This document shows positions 40,386 through 52,918 of a stretch of DNA of 64,000 nt, in pieces. How positions within the stretch are numbered: the stretch's first letter is position 1; each line of letters begins with the position of its first letter. The position numbers and the translations under genes are program-made. Under the pieces are notes generated by a model, which was not told the origin of the DNA, ran no database searches, and saw only the letters and a program-made list of their open reading frames with translations. Where the stretch lies: NCBI GenBank assembly GCA_010093815.1, contig ML996565.1; one strand, written 5' to 3'. This stretch comes from Pseudovirgaria hyperparasitica. Lineage: Eukaryota.

Positions 40386-42194
40386 CTAGTCTCTGAGCAC
40401 ATCAGACTCAGGCCTCAGGCTTGCATTCTGAATGCTCGACGGTTGGGAGTATTCGCTGCCACTACGTGCATTACTACCTCGACTCGCGAATCTACCCATA
40501 CTCCTTCTCATGCTTCCAAATGCCGGGCGCGAGTATTTACTTGAACCGGTGGACTTTTTTGTCGTCCTGGCGTATTTTGAACGAGATGAGGTTCCAGGCA
40601 CGTTGGGCCAGTATGGGTCCACTTCGCTCTCGGCGGAAACACTTCTGCGGGAGTCCCCCGTCTGTTTGGGCATCGAGAACTGTGGCTGCTCGGCGATCGG
40701 TGGCAATGTGTAGGTGTCTTGACCCCAGGCCTCGTTCCTTGACTCCGGGCCGTTGGCCTGGGTGGTGAGATGAAGATTGTGTGCTTGAATGACAGGACTG
40801 TAAAATCTTGTTGCGTGCTTATCAAGCTCGTCTCCACGTCCTTGAACCACGTGCCCTCCTCTCAAAGACGACCTCCTCCTAGACGACGACGACGTTTCAT
40901 GGGACTGCATCGATCCTCTCGAGTCGCGCGCATTCGAACCATGATAGACTCGCGACTGCTCTACATCCCCGGTATCCTTCGCCGTCGCACGTTTTCTAGC
41001 CCGTCTGCTGAGGCAGCAGTACACGGCTAGACCGGCGAAGAAGCCGACAAAGAAGAGGACTACGCCAATAGCTGCGATCAGGCCGCTGGACAGTTGGCTT
41101 TGATTCGCATGTTGTGCAACGGCATTTGATGCGGTGTCGGGTGCGTTTGTCTCGTTGGCGTTTGCTGCAGTGGGGTTTGGCATGTTGATTGGTGATGTTT
41201 GTGAGGGTGGTGGTGGTGGTGTTGTTTGAATGGAAGGTTGTATAGATGGTGGTGTTGGTGTCTGCGATGGTGTCGGTATCGATGTGTATTCTGTTGGATC
41301 TATCAATGTTAGAGCTGGTGTCTGCATTGATGATGTTATTGGTGTCTGCAATGAGCTCTGGAGCGAGGGATATCTTGCTGACTCTATTACTGACGGAGCT
41401 GGTGTCTGCAGTGATGGTATTGGTGTCTGCAATGGTGTCCGTATCGACGTGTATTTTGTTGACCCCACTGATGAAAGAGCTGGTGTCTGCAATGAGCTCC
41501 GGATCGAGGTTTTGATGGAAGAATCTACTGGAGTCAACGCCGATGTCAGTACCGATTTCAGCATGGATGTTGGTATTGGTGTCTGGAATGGGGTCTGGAA
41601 TGGTGTCCGTATCGATGTATGTTCCTTTGATTCTACTGATGATGGAGCTGGTGTCTGCATCGATGATTGTAACGGTGTCTGCAATGAGCTCCGGATCGAG
41701 GTTTTGAAGGATGAAACTACTGGCGTCAGCGCCGATTCCAGCGCCGATTGCAGCATCGATGTTGGTATTGGTGTCTGAAACGGTGTCCGTATCGGTGTAG
41801 ATTTCATTGACTCCTCAGTCGTCAGCGCCGAAGTCTGCTTCGACGTTGGCATTGGCGCTTGTAACGAACTCCATATCGAGCTATACACGGACGACTCTAC
41901 AGATCCCAACGCAGACGTTGTTCTCGCTGCCGTCGTCACTACTAGCTCATCCGTCGCCGTGCTCAAGGCCGTCGTTATCGCCGTGTATTCCGAGGTCAAA
42001 ACCGAAGAGTCAATCACCAGCTCACTGGTCGCTTCTTGCACAGGCTCAAAAATATATATGACAATATCAGGCTCTGAGTCGGGCTCGTCTGGATCTGTGT
42101 CTGGGATGCTGGGAAATGGGAATGGGAATGGGAATGGTGTGTCGCTGATTGCTGATGAGAGACCTGTGGCGAGCGGGTTGGATGCGTCGGACAT
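40386..42194 (-). CDS. Ser/Thr/Pro-rich mucin-like single-pass membrane protein
   Basis: 602-aa ORF with repetitive QTP/TSIR units, TM helix GLIAAIGVVLFFVGFFAGLAVYCCL followed by RRARKR, and an S/R-rich tail. Confidence 0.8.
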   Translation of the reverse strand: MSDASNPLATGLSSAISDTPFPFPFPFPSIPDTDPDEPDSEPDIVIYIFEPVQEATSELVIDSSVLTSEYTAITTALSTATDELVVTTAARTTSALGSVESSVYSSIWSSLQAPMPTSKQTSALTTEESMKSTPIRTPFQTPIPTSMLQSALESALTPVVSSFKTSIRSSLQTPLQSSMQTPAPSSVESKEHTSIRTPFQTPFQTPIPTSMLKSVLTSALTPVDSSIKTSIRSSLQTPALSSVGSTKYTSIRTPLQTPIPSLQTPAPSVIESARYPSLQSSLQTPITSSMQTPALTLIDPTEYTSIPTPSQTPTPPSIQPSIQTTPPPPPSQTSPINMPNPTAANANETNAPDTASNAVAQHANQSQLSSGLIAAIGVVLFFVGFFAGLAVYCCLSRRARKRATAKDTGDVEQSRVYHGSNARDSRGSMQSHETSSSSRRRSSLRGGHVVQGRGDELDKHATRFYSPVIQAHNLHLTTQANGPESRNEAWGQDTYTLPPIAEQPQFSMPKQTGDSRRSVSAESEVDPYWPNVPGTSSRSKYARTTKKSTGSSKYSRPAFGSMRRSMGRFASRGSNARSGSEYSQPSSIQNASLRPESDVLRD

Positions 42195-44677
42195 GATGTG
42201 CGTGTGGTTGTGTCGGTGGTTGTCTGTGTGACAAGACTAAACTTGAAAACCTGAGAAGGAAAGTCGGATAGAAACGAAGGAAGTAAGGGAGAAGCACAGG
42301 AGCGCGCCACGCAGTGCGAGTCTATGAAAGATATGGGAGAAAGCAAGCATAACTCTTTTTCTGTCTCGGGTTCCTTTGTTCGCTCCGCGCAAGATGGGAT
42401 AGATATGTATGTGGTGGTGCCCTGGAACCAAGGGATTGAGAACAAGGGATGGGGTTTGGGCGTAGGAGACGAACAAAGAACGTCATGCGTATGTGGGCAT
42501 TCCTCATCACTAATATGATTCACCAGGAGAGCAGCAGAGCAAAGAATTAATCGGCTCATTCTCGTGGATTGGTCGTTGCTCGTCTAAATAAAGCTATGCT
42601 GCTGTGGTTATGTTCTGACGAATTCATTGCTTCGATAGAAATCACGGACATGCAGGCTAATGCCGATTTTCTTTCTATATGACATACGTCCCAGTGACTG
42701 GATAGATAGATGGATAGATGGATAGATGTGTGGTGATGTTCGGGGGTTAACATATGGATTCATGGCGACGAACGTACTGTGCGTAGACCGTAGGAGGGAT
42801 GTCCATGGGTTTGTTTACACGGCACATATGGCATCATGATCTTCTGGGGGAGTGGAGTTGTGAATAAGGGAAAGATGCTTGGAAGTTTATCGAATCTTAA
42901 TAGGATATTGGTGCTTGGAGATCTTTGTCGCAGTCATCGATTGTGGTACCTCTTTTCTGTGATATGTCTATGTCCAAGTAGCCGGTCAGACTGGGAGACA
43001 TCTTGACGGTGCGTCATAATGGCCAATCGGCACTTGCGACTTGGTAATGAGGATTTCATGATCCCATGTACTGATACATGGCTCCAGCTGGGATGATGCA
43101 TGGTCAAATTGCAGACTGAAGATCTTCATGAATGGAGTGTCATGACGGCAAAACCAAAAAAGCAACTTGACTGGATATTTTTAGATTCAATTTACCCAGA
43201 ACACGTGGCTGCAATATCCAACGTTCTACGAGGAGAGATCACACTACCATTTTGTGCTGTAATGGATGCAACAGACTCATGTGTGACGGTGCATCTCGAA
43301 GGTGGTGATGTACAAACATAAGAAGGAACGAGTAGTAACTGGGAGCAGATATGGATATTGGTGCCTGGTGCAAACGCCAAGGAACCAGACAAATTCGGCT
43401 TTGTTTTTCTTTTTACAAAGATAAGCCGGCATTTCGCTACAACTTTCCACCTGCATCTCTTGCAACTTCAATTCGTAGATCATAAGATACAGGATTCAGC
43501 ATATCGAGTATGTATACCCGTACAGGATTAATGAGGCTCAACCAGCGCGTGAATTATCATCATGATCGGCTCTATTCCAAGTTGCAGACCAGTATTGCAG
43601 TCAGTTATTAAAGGATTATCTATCATACGTTCAAGGCTGGCCACCCAATCAGTGATGCAACTCTATACCGTTTGTCTCGCGGAACAAAAATGTTACTTCT
43701 ACTATTCGAGCGTTTCAATCCCTGATGACGCACCAACGTTTCTTTCCATTCCACGAATGGTCCTGACATTTTGCGTGAAGCCAGATATAGCATCACGCCT
43801 GATCAGCTGTTGCGCAAACAGGTTACCTGCAACACAGGGGTACAAAGTATGACGCCGGTTGAAGAAGGAGGCTCAAGGATCGGGAGTGAGATCCAGACTG
43901 TCGGAGCCGCTCGACCGGGGTTCTGGTAGAAACGTAGACTCCATTGGATCTCCTCTACCAGGGCCGTACACATAATTGGATAGGAAATCCGTGCGCAATC
44001 CATGAGGGGTGACAAAGCACTCCCCCACGCAAGAGGAACTATCTTGAGTCCAATGGCCTGATCCTTTATTTCTTAGGACGTATGCGACGTATCGTGGACG
44101 CTGCGCGATTGGTTTTGAATGTTCAAGGACCAGTATGCGGTGACACTTATGTTGGTACAAAGGTTACACCCAGTGGTATCGAATCTCCCGAGAGTCTCTG
44201 GTTTGGCTCATTACTCTTCATCTCGTGGGAATGTGTTGGCTAAGTGGGAAGGGAAAAATCACACCTCGATACCTGATACAGCGGTATGCCGCACACTGAA
44301 GTATAATAAAGATCGCATCAATCCATGGTCTGACACCTGACGACTGCTGGGATATGCATGCTAGCCTTCTACGGATCGCTTCCCGCAGAATCGTATACAG
44401 GGTCTTTATATTTGATCTAGGATAGCTTCTCTATATATGATCACCGGCAGCACGAGCTAGCTATAATGGCCAATCGGCTGTAATTCCCTTGCACATATCC
44501 CTGGCACTTCTGTCTAGGATAGCCCCTGTAACAAGGAATATATTACATCGTCTCGCTCTCGTATGGGCGACTCACTCGTCGTTGAAGTATTCAATCGCCA
44601 AGCCAGGTACAATGGCATACTTAGCTGTACTTCAGGAAACCTAGGCCAACAATCTAGACTACAACTAACTCGAAGTC

Positions 44678-46137
44678 ATGTCTGGTGGTCTACATCCTCC
44701 GCTCAGTGTTATAGCCTCATGGCCGAAACCAAATCATCTCAATCCAGAGTTACGGGGATGGCTCGTACCTGCTGTCAATATCGTGCTTTTCTCACTAGCC
44801 CTTACGGTAGCCTCATTGCGACTCTTTGCTCGATTCTTTATCCTTAGAAGTGCAGGGATAGACGACTATCTAATAGCTTTGAACTTGGTAAGGACCATCC
44901 ATCGTCATATATCTGGACCCGGCTAATCGTCATCAGGTACCATTACTTGGCCTGACGATAGCTCTGTCCATAGGTGCGTTCGATACTCTCGGAACCGTGA
45001 TCGTGCTGATAATATAAAGCTGTGAAAGTTTACCATTTCGATCGTCATATATGGGACGTACCTATAGATGAGGCTACTGCGACTCGCAAAGTAAGGACGC
45101 GCGGAACACCTATCCGTTCCCGCTGACCACCTCCAAGATCTTGTTTGCAATTGAAATCCTGTATGTCATCTCGACAGGTCTGACCAAGTTATCAGTCCTG
45201 ACGTTTTACAAACGACTATCTGACGGTGGAATATCGCCAACTCTGATCAGAGTATCGCAAAGCTTCATTGCATTTGTTGGTTTTACCACAGCCTTCTTTA
45301 CCATACTGCCCTTTCTTGCCTGTACCCCTTTCAATGCTTTCTTCGACCAGGTTGACCCTCGCTGGTTCTACACCCACTTGAAACCAGGCCTGTGGAAATG
45401 CTTCGATGAGCTGACCCACTTCTACGCCAATGGCTCTATCAGTATCTTCCAGGACTTCGTCGCAGTTGGACTTCCTCTTGCCTTGTTCCATGGGCTGCAA
45501 ATTCCTCGCCGTCAAAAGATCCTTCTAGGCGCCGTCTTCTTCGTTGGATTTTGGTAAACACCCAACATTCCTGTCAGAGTCTACACGACACTGACTCCAA
45601 TATAGTGTATGTATCATTGGTGTTCTCCGTCTCGTCGCCATCTCACACCTCTATACCACCACCTATGACCTCACCTGGGAGACACAGTACGTATGGATCT
45701 GGACGGGCACCGAGGCCAACGTCGCCGTTATCTGCGCCTGTCTTCCATGCTGCCGTGTCTATGCTTCGCGCTTTCTCAACTACCCGGTTCGCTCGTGGAA
45801 CAGCAACCGAACCCCCGATCGAACGCCCCGTGCATCTGTCAAAGCAGGCTGGAGCGCAAACAGTAGCTCTGCAGCCGCAAATTCCACCAGTAGGAAGCAA
45901 TCAGTTGTGGCACCGCTTACAGCATACAACGGTACGACATCGACGGATTTGTATAGACCTCAAGGGGACTCCATCGATCAGATTGAAGATGTAGAGATGG
46001 GGTCGTTAAGGACTCTCCGAGTACCGAGTCCGGCTCGAACGATAGAGAGCTATGAGATGCACGAGTGGGATAGTCCGGGATCGCAACGAGATAGGCACGG
46101 CTTTGATCGGAATCGGAGGCTACATCTCGGCCCGTAA
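44678..46137 (+). CDS. PTH11-like (fungal rhodopsin-domain) integral membrane protein
   Basis: HPPLSVIASWPKPN, LRLFAR..RSAGIDDYLI, HIWDVP, KLSVLTFYKRL and W...EANVAVICACLP. Four introns. Confidence 0.9.
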
Positions 46138-46918
46138 TTAAGGGAACTAAGGTGTGAGCAGCGAGTACATACTCCCAAATAGCGTGATCGTGGTTCTGGG
46201 TTCTCTATGAAAGGAGAGCAAAATGCTTAATGTTAGAGATGATAGAGAGGGTATTTGCAGTAGAGTCCGCTGACAAGCTCTTATCGAGTGAATGACGATC
46301 AGTAGACAACTCTTTAGTTCAAGTTAAGGAGGAGAAAAGCCTACTTCTCGTCATTCTAAAGCTTCTCTTCCTTCACACTTGTTCCGGAGCCCTGCTATCG
46401 ACTATGATTTGATAATTTCCATAATCGATGGAGAAGCACAGAATAACACAGGCTTTCACGTGTTAAAGCAAGAATCACGCTTAAACCTGGGCTGCTTCGC
46501 TGCTGTTACCTGACTCTATCAAGCCAATATGTACGATTTGCCTAGCATTTTGCATTTGTGAGATGTACCCAGCCGAAGATACAAAACGGACTGAGTCATC
46601 AATAACTCAAAGGCTGGTGAGGTCGTAGGGGTCTCAGATCATAAGTGATATTCTTTGGATCAACTCATATGAAGCAGTGTTCATGATTTCAACTGGGTTC
46701 AGTTTCCGAGCCTGATGTCGTCCTGTGATGACATTCTCACGAATAAGTCTTCGTACAATACGAGTAGTATGAAGAGGCAAGCAGTTACTTGAAGGTCTCG
46801 ATCGATGGAATCCACGAAAGTGAGTCGTCGTAGAATGTAAAGACGGAACTGTTGAACCATTAGGGCTATCTTATCTCCGAGCTTAAGCCAGTCAAAGTGG
46901 TTTAGCGCGCTCCAACCC

Positions 46919-46929
46919 ACGCGACGCGA
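46919..46929 (+). promoter_or_regulatory. Tandem ACGCGA (MCB/SCB-like) elements upstream of ORC4
   Basis: ACGCGACGCGA about 80-90 nt before the ATG. Similar TCGCGT/CGCGAA motifs lie upstream of SMC2 (19902-19937). Function is inferred. Confidence 0.3.
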
Positions 46930-47009
46930 CGAGTCGTCCTTGAGCTCCCAGTGTCTGCGAACATCCTCACTCCACCAGCTGCCAGATAGTAGAAACACTA
47001 TCCAGTCCA

Positions 47010-49220
47010 ATGCCTACGCCGTCCCGAAGTGCGCGCAGAGTAGCATCCTCCCAATTGGCACAGCCGACTACGTCAAACACGCCCTCGAAGCGCAAGCGAG
47101 ATGAAGACCAATCGTCCGTATACGATGACTTTGAAGGTGCGCATGCCGCTGTCACGCCCCTGAAACGTCCGCGGAGAGGGCTCGTGAGCGTACCAAGTAG
47201 AGTTGAAAGTCCAAGGAGTAAAGAAACAGGAGTGAAAGGAACACCCCGAAAGCTGGCAAAGACAAGTCCTGTTATAGAAGATGACGAGCCAGCTCAGACT
47301 CGAACACCACGACGAAAAAATGGAGCAGCATATCGTGAGCCTGGAGCCACACCACAGAGCAAGAAAAAGCAGCCTCGAAAGAATGATGTAGTCGACGACC
47401 ACAATGAAGGAACGAACCATGGCACAGAGCAGGATGATGAGGATGAACTGGCGCCAAAGCCAGTGTCTACACCAAAGACACCGAAAAGCAGGAAGAATCG
47501 CGCGCTAGATATGCTCGCGATTGACATGTTACCGTCAGGCGCGAAGGCGCCGAGATCATCGGTGACGCAGAGTAGGAACATACCCATACTGGCGGACGAA
47601 GGCGAGGTGGACGGGTCAATGGATATGGAACACAGCTATACACCGGGAAGAACCCAGAAGCAGATGCCACGGACTCCATTCACGAAGAAACTGCTGGAAC
47701 TCAGCCCCAATGGAGTTGCACAGAACAGGCCCGTAGCAGAATGGACACCGAAGAAACCTATCAGCTCCTTGCAGACTGGCGACGTCGATAATCTGGGTCA
47801 GCTCAAGCTGCCTCGTGATGCCAAAGAACAGTTCCAAGCTTTCCTTCCAATTCTCCTAGAGAGAGTGACCAGCAAACGAGAAGGCCCGCTTGTAGGTCTC
47901 GATGAAGAGTACGCCAAAGTGCATCAACTACTACTCAACACAGTCGAGGCAGGGGAGGGCAATTCGATGCTACTCATAGGAGCTCGGGGGAGTGGCAAGT
48001 CTGCTCTTGTACGTAAGGCAATATCTGCTCTTTCAACAGATCATGCGGACGACTTCTACACCATACACCTGAACGGATTTATACATACGGACGACAAGAT
48101 CGCACTGAAAGAGATATGGAGGCAGCTCGGAAAAGAGATGGAAGTGGACGATGATAGCAAGAACTATGCTGATACTTTGCTCAAGCTTCTGGCGCTCTTG
48201 TCGCAGCCCACTGAGCCCGATAATGAAGAAGCTGGGAGAGTAGCGAAGGCAGTGATATTCATAATGGACGAGTTTGACCTCTTTGCTTCGCATCCTCGAC
48301 AAACCTTGTTATACAATCTCTTCGACATAGCACAGTCACGCAAGGCTCCCATCGCGGTACTCGGCCTTACAACACGGATAGACGTGGCAGAGAGCCTCGA
48401 AAAGCGTGTCAAGAGTCGCTTCAGTCATCGCTACGTCCACACCTCACTATCGAAAAGCCTGCCTGCATTCCGCGATCTCTGCAGAACCCTTCTCACCATC
48501 GAACCGACCGATCTCTCCGACACCGACCGCCACTATCACACCTTCACACCCAAATCACAGCCAAAATCAAAAACGCCAACATCCCCCGAGCCCTTCCTCA
48601 CCGCCTGGAACTCCGCCATAGCCGCCCTCTTCGCCCACCAACGCTTCATCTCACGCACTCTGGCGCCCATCTTCCACACCACAAAATCGCCCGCTGCCCT
48701 CCTCTCCACACTACACCCATACATCGCCTCCCTCTCCAAGCACTCCACGCCCCCAACCCGCAGCACCCTCGTCTCATCCTGCCTCGCCCACCACCATCTC
48801 GCGCCGCCCTCCGCGCCAGACTCCAAACTGCACCTCCTGCCTTCTCTCTCCGTCCTCGCCCTCTCTCTGCTCATCGCCGCCGCTCGCCTCGACATCATCA
48901 CCGACGCGCCCAGCTGCAACTTCAACATGGCGTATGCAGAGCTGTATGCGCTAGCAACGCGCGCGCGCATCAGTGCTGCGGCGTCTGGTCAGGCGGCTGT
49001 TGGCGCGGGTGTGCGTGTGTGGGGCCGCGAAGTCGCGCGGCGCGAGTGGGAGAAGTGTGTTGGATGGGAGCTGTTGCTGCCTGTTGTGGCGGGCGCGGCA
49101 GGTGCGGCGCTGGCGCCCACGAGTATGGTGCGCGCGGATGTGAGCCTGGAGGAGATTGCGGGAGTAGTGGGTGGCTTGGGTGTGGATCGTGTTGTGGAGG
49201 GCTGGTGTAGACAGTTATGA
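47010..49220 (+). CDS. ORC4: Origin recognition complex subunit 4
   Basis: GEGNSMLLIGARGSGKS Walker A, LNGFIHTDDKIAL, DEFDLF..HPRQTLLYNLFD and LEKRVKSRFSHR. Disordered TP-rich N-terminus. Confidence 0.96.
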   Translation: MPTPSRSARRVASSQLAQPTTSNTPSKRKRDEDQSSVYDDFEGAHAAVTPLKRPRRGLVSVPSRVESPRSKETGVKGTPRKLAKTSPVIEDDEPAQTRTPRRKNGAAYREPGATPQSKKKQPRKNDVVDDHNEGTNHGTEQDDEDELAPKPVSTPKTPKSRKNRALDMLAIDMLPSGAKAPRSSVTQSRNIPILADEGEVDGSMDMEHSYTPGRTQKQMPRTPFTKKLLELSPNGVAQNRPVAEWTPKKPISSLQTGDVDNLGQLKLPRDAKEQFQAFLPILLERVTSKREGPLVGLDEEYAKVHQLLLNTVEAGEGNSMLLIGARGSGKSALVRKAISALSTDHADDFYTIHLNGFIHTDDKIALKEIWRQLGKEMEVDDDSKNYADTLLKLLALLSQPTEPDNEEAGRVAKAVIFIMDEFDLFASHPRQTLLYNLFDIAQSRKAPIAVLGLTTRIDVAESLEKRVKSRFSHRYVHTSLSKSLPAFRDLCRTLLTIEPTDLSDTDRHYHTFTPKSQPKSKTPTSPEPFLTAWNSAIAALFAHQRFISRTLAPIFHTTKSPAALLSTLHPYIASLSKHSTPPTRSTLVSSCLAHHHLAPPSAPDSKLHLLPSLSVLALSLLIAAARLDIITDAPSCNFNMAYAELYALATRARISAAASGQAAVGAGVRVWGREVARREWEKCVGWELLLPVVAGAAGAALAPTSMVRADVSLEEIAGVVGGLGVDRVVEGWCRQL

Positions 49221-49438
49221 TCCTCTTGTTGCATGCTAGGTAGAGGAAACAGGAGTCGGTTGGCGATCAGTTTGTAGACCTCCGTGAATGGATCTGCCTT
49301 TTCGCATTTTATAGGCATTTGCATAGCGGGTTCAAGTATGGTAAGGCTATAACGTAGATATTTCGAGATTTATTTACATGATATGCATCTAGATCGTATG
49401 ACAGTCATACATAAAGGAACAATAAATTCACATCCTCC

Positions 49439-52368
49439 TCATAGTTTGGCCTTGCTCTGACCTAACAACTCCGCGCCTGCACCCGCAATGCACAGTTTTC
49501 CTGTCTCCACGACCTTCGTCTGGAAAATGACCTTATCTCCTTCTTTCCACATCTCCGTGCTCAGTGTCTGACCAGGCAGCACTGTGCCTGCGAAGCGCAC
49601 CTTAATGTTCTTGAACGCACCATACTTCTGTAGGATATGCTTGGCCGAGATGCCGAAGAAGCACAGGCCATGCAGAATTGGCACCTTGAAGCCACCGACC
49701 TTGCTGAACTCGGGGTCGATGTGTAGCGGGTTGCGGTCACCTGACAACCGGTAGACAGCGGCCTGCTCCTCGGTCGTCTTCTCCTCGACAGTCGCATCGG
49801 GAGCACGCTTGGGCGGCTGGTGAACTGCAGTTGCGGCACCACGCTGAGTGCCCTTCTTGGGGCCACCAAAGCCTCCAGATCCGCGGATGAATGCTGAGGA
49901 TTCGGAGTAGAAAACGTCTTCACCAGTGTTTGCGTCTTTGGTGGTGGCACCTGCCACGACGATAGCAGCGGCACCCTTGTCGACGACTTCGACAAGCTTG
50001 GGGTAGCAAACGAGCTTGGCTTCAGTTGGGATGGGGTATTTCTTGATCTCGAGATATTGTTCGCCGTGTAGCAGCATCATAGGGGAGAAGTTAGGTACGA
50101 TACTGGCGATATCATAGGGGGTCGCAGCGTTGAAAGGAGGTATAACACCGAAGGATGGGATGACTTGGAAGTTCTCGTCGTTCTCGAATACGAGGGGAAG
50201 GTCGGTGCGTTTGGCACCAAGGCCTAGATCTGTAGACTGTTAATTACGAATACCATAGTGCGCATAGTATGGACATACTGTATAGGATGACGTCCTTCTC
50301 GGTGTACTCGAATGGTGTGCCGTCGGCCTTTGCACTCTTCGCTTGCTCAATCTTGGCATTGTAGTCCTCCTCGTCATCATCACCTGAACCGTTGCTACGG
50401 TTCTTGAAGTTGGCCAGGATGGCCTCCAGGCCAGCGTTGGAGTCACCAGGGTGGTCCGCACGACCATCGTCGAAGTTGATGATCTTCTCCCACTTCTCGA
50501 GGACATGCTCAGGGGTAAGGGTGACATCGATGGGGAAGCCGTGACCACCACTTCGTTGCCACCTTGTCTGAGCTTGCCAGCCAGAACCGACTTCGTAGAG
50601 CCCGCCGGTCGGCTCAGGGCACTTGTCCGAGGCGAGCAGAAGGACCATGGGAGCGACAAAGTCGGGCTTGAGAGCTTGTACGACCTCCTCAGGCATGATG
50701 GTTCTCGTCATATTCGTGCCTGCGTTTGGTGCGATCGTGTTGACATAAATGTTGTACTTTGCGCCCTCACGGGCGAGCGCACGTGAGAACCCTAGGATAC
50801 CAATCTTGGCAGTAGAGTAGTTGGCCTGACCGAAGCTACCGTAGATACCACTAGTAGAGGCAGTGTTGATCACACGACCGTACTTTTGCTTGAGGAAGTA
50901 GGGCCAGGCAGCCTTCGTGACCTTGTAGGTTCCACGTAGATGGACGTTCATGACGGAGTTCCATAGATCCTCGGTCTGATTGTGGAAGGCCTTGTCGCGG
51001 AGGATACCAGCGTTGTTGATTAGGATATCAATGCGACCATACTTATCAATCGCAGTCTTCACCACCGCCTCACCGTCTTCGACATTGTTCTTGTCTCCAA
51101 CAGCTTCTCCGCCAAGCTTCTGAATCTCCTGAACGACAGCATCGGGGTTCATCAAGTCGTTAATAACGAGCTTAGCGCCTGCCTTGGCGAATTGCAGAGC
51201 ATATGCGCGACCTAGGCCACCACCAGCACCTGTGATGACCACAACCTTGCCCTTCAGGTTGACATCTTCACCCTGCTTATTCGTGGGCATTTGGTTCGCT
51301 TGCTCGAGCAGATCCATGAATTCTGCAGGGCCCGATGGATATTGAGGTTCCTTGTAGTTGACCACTTCGTCCCAGCGGGCAAGGATAGCACCAGGGTTCA
51401 TGGACTCGTCGGCCTTGAGGCAAGCACCCTTTGCACGCTCCCATCGGAGCTTGGCCACATGGCCACCACCAACTTCGAAGATAGAGCCAGTCTCCCTGGT
51501 GTTGTTCTTGTGTACCAAGGTAGCTACAAGTGGAACAACCCATTCAGGCTTGAGGTTCTCAAGAACGTCTGGTGGCATCACAGTAGCAGTCATACGGGAG
51601 GCGGCAATAGGTGCAATAACATTGCAGATTATGTTGTACTTGACACCCTCTTTAGCCAAGGTTTCCGTAAAGCCAACAAGACCAAGCTTAGCAGCTATGT
51701 ATGTGTTAGCGGTGCGTTTCGATCCTTATCCGTTTCATGACATACCGGAGTAGTTGGTTTGTCCAAAAGATCCGAACAGACCGGCCGCGGATGCAGTGTT
51801 AATGATACGTCCATATTTTTGTTTTTTGAAGTGCGGCCATGCGGCATGTGCGCATTTGTATGCTCCGAAGACGTGGACCTTCATTATCAAATCCCAGTCC
51901 TCGTCCTTCATATTCTTGAACGATATATCTCGCAGGATTCCGGCATTGTTGATGAGTACGTCAATACGACCGAAGGCCTTGATAGCGGTCTCAATGATCT
52001 TATCGCCATTCTCGACGCTGTCGTAGTTTGGTACAGCGTTACCACCGGCCTTCTTGATCTCATCGACAACGGTGTCAGCTGCCTAATAGTCTATTGTCAG
52101 CTCGCTGAGCTATAAAAAGATGATACTCAGTGCTCATCAGGCACCATATGGCCCGCCTGCTGACGCACTAATGCCCAGTGTTATTTGAGGAAATTGCCAG
52201 ACATACCTTGGCGCTACCACTGCCGTCGCCTTTGAAGCCACCGCCCAAGTCGTTCACAACGACATTGGCACCTCGTGCGCCAAAGAATGTAGCATAGGCT
52301 TTTCCGAGACCGCCACCAGCTCCCGTCACCACAACGGTCTGGCCGTCATATCTCAGCTCCTCTGGCAT
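49439..52368 (-). CDS. FOX2: Peroxisomal multifunctional beta-oxidation enzyme (two SDR domains plus hydratase 2)
   Basis: Two [11 protein letters not shown] domains, the hydratase motif [14 protein letters not shown] and the C-terminal PTS1 AKL. Several short introns. Confidence 0.97.
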
Positions 52369-52660
52369 TGTGTATATGTGCACAGCTCTTTCGACTATGT
52401 GGTATCCCAAATCGATTCGTCAATCTGAGCGCGCAGTAACTAGTCTTTTGTGCTAGCTAGCTTTCTCAGACTCTAGGTGGAGGTGTTTAGAAGAGCAGAA
52501 ATGTGGCTCGACTTTCGGCTTGAGTGGAATGTTTCGTTGAGAGAAAATAAGAGAGGCCACGAACTGTGGGAAGAGAAGAACTGAAGCTATACCGAGCATA
52601 TGATTGACGTCGGCATCGGCAGCAGCAGCAGCAACCACGGCACCGATGTCGTCAGCTGAG

Positions 52661-52918
52661 CCGAGGTAGATTCGAGCGCCATTTTCGGTAAGCGCCTGTG
52701 TGGGGTAATTAGTGCAGGAGTATCCACGGTGGTAGCTGCAGTTTTCACATGCTCGCAACATGGCAGGACGCTACTTGCTTACCTTTGAACCCTTATAGCC
52801 TTGCCTTATTTCGACAAGACGTCTACTTGAGACATGATACTTGCCTAAATGAATAGACTAGCATACATTACTCTTCTACAGTGAATGCCCCGGGAGAACA
52901 CATAAAACGCACCCGAGG
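52661..52918. promoter_or_regulatory. Two CCGAGG FarA/FarB-type fatty-acid response elements upstream of FOX2
   Basis: CCGAGG at 52661 and 52913, about 290 and 545 nt upstream of the FOX2 ATG. CCGAGG/CCTCGG is the established Far-protein core site. Confidence 0.6.

Noticed and set aside
43100..43531. ORF continuing in frame past a TAA, possible pseudogene
   Set aside because: No motif recognised, so it cannot be supported without a homology search.
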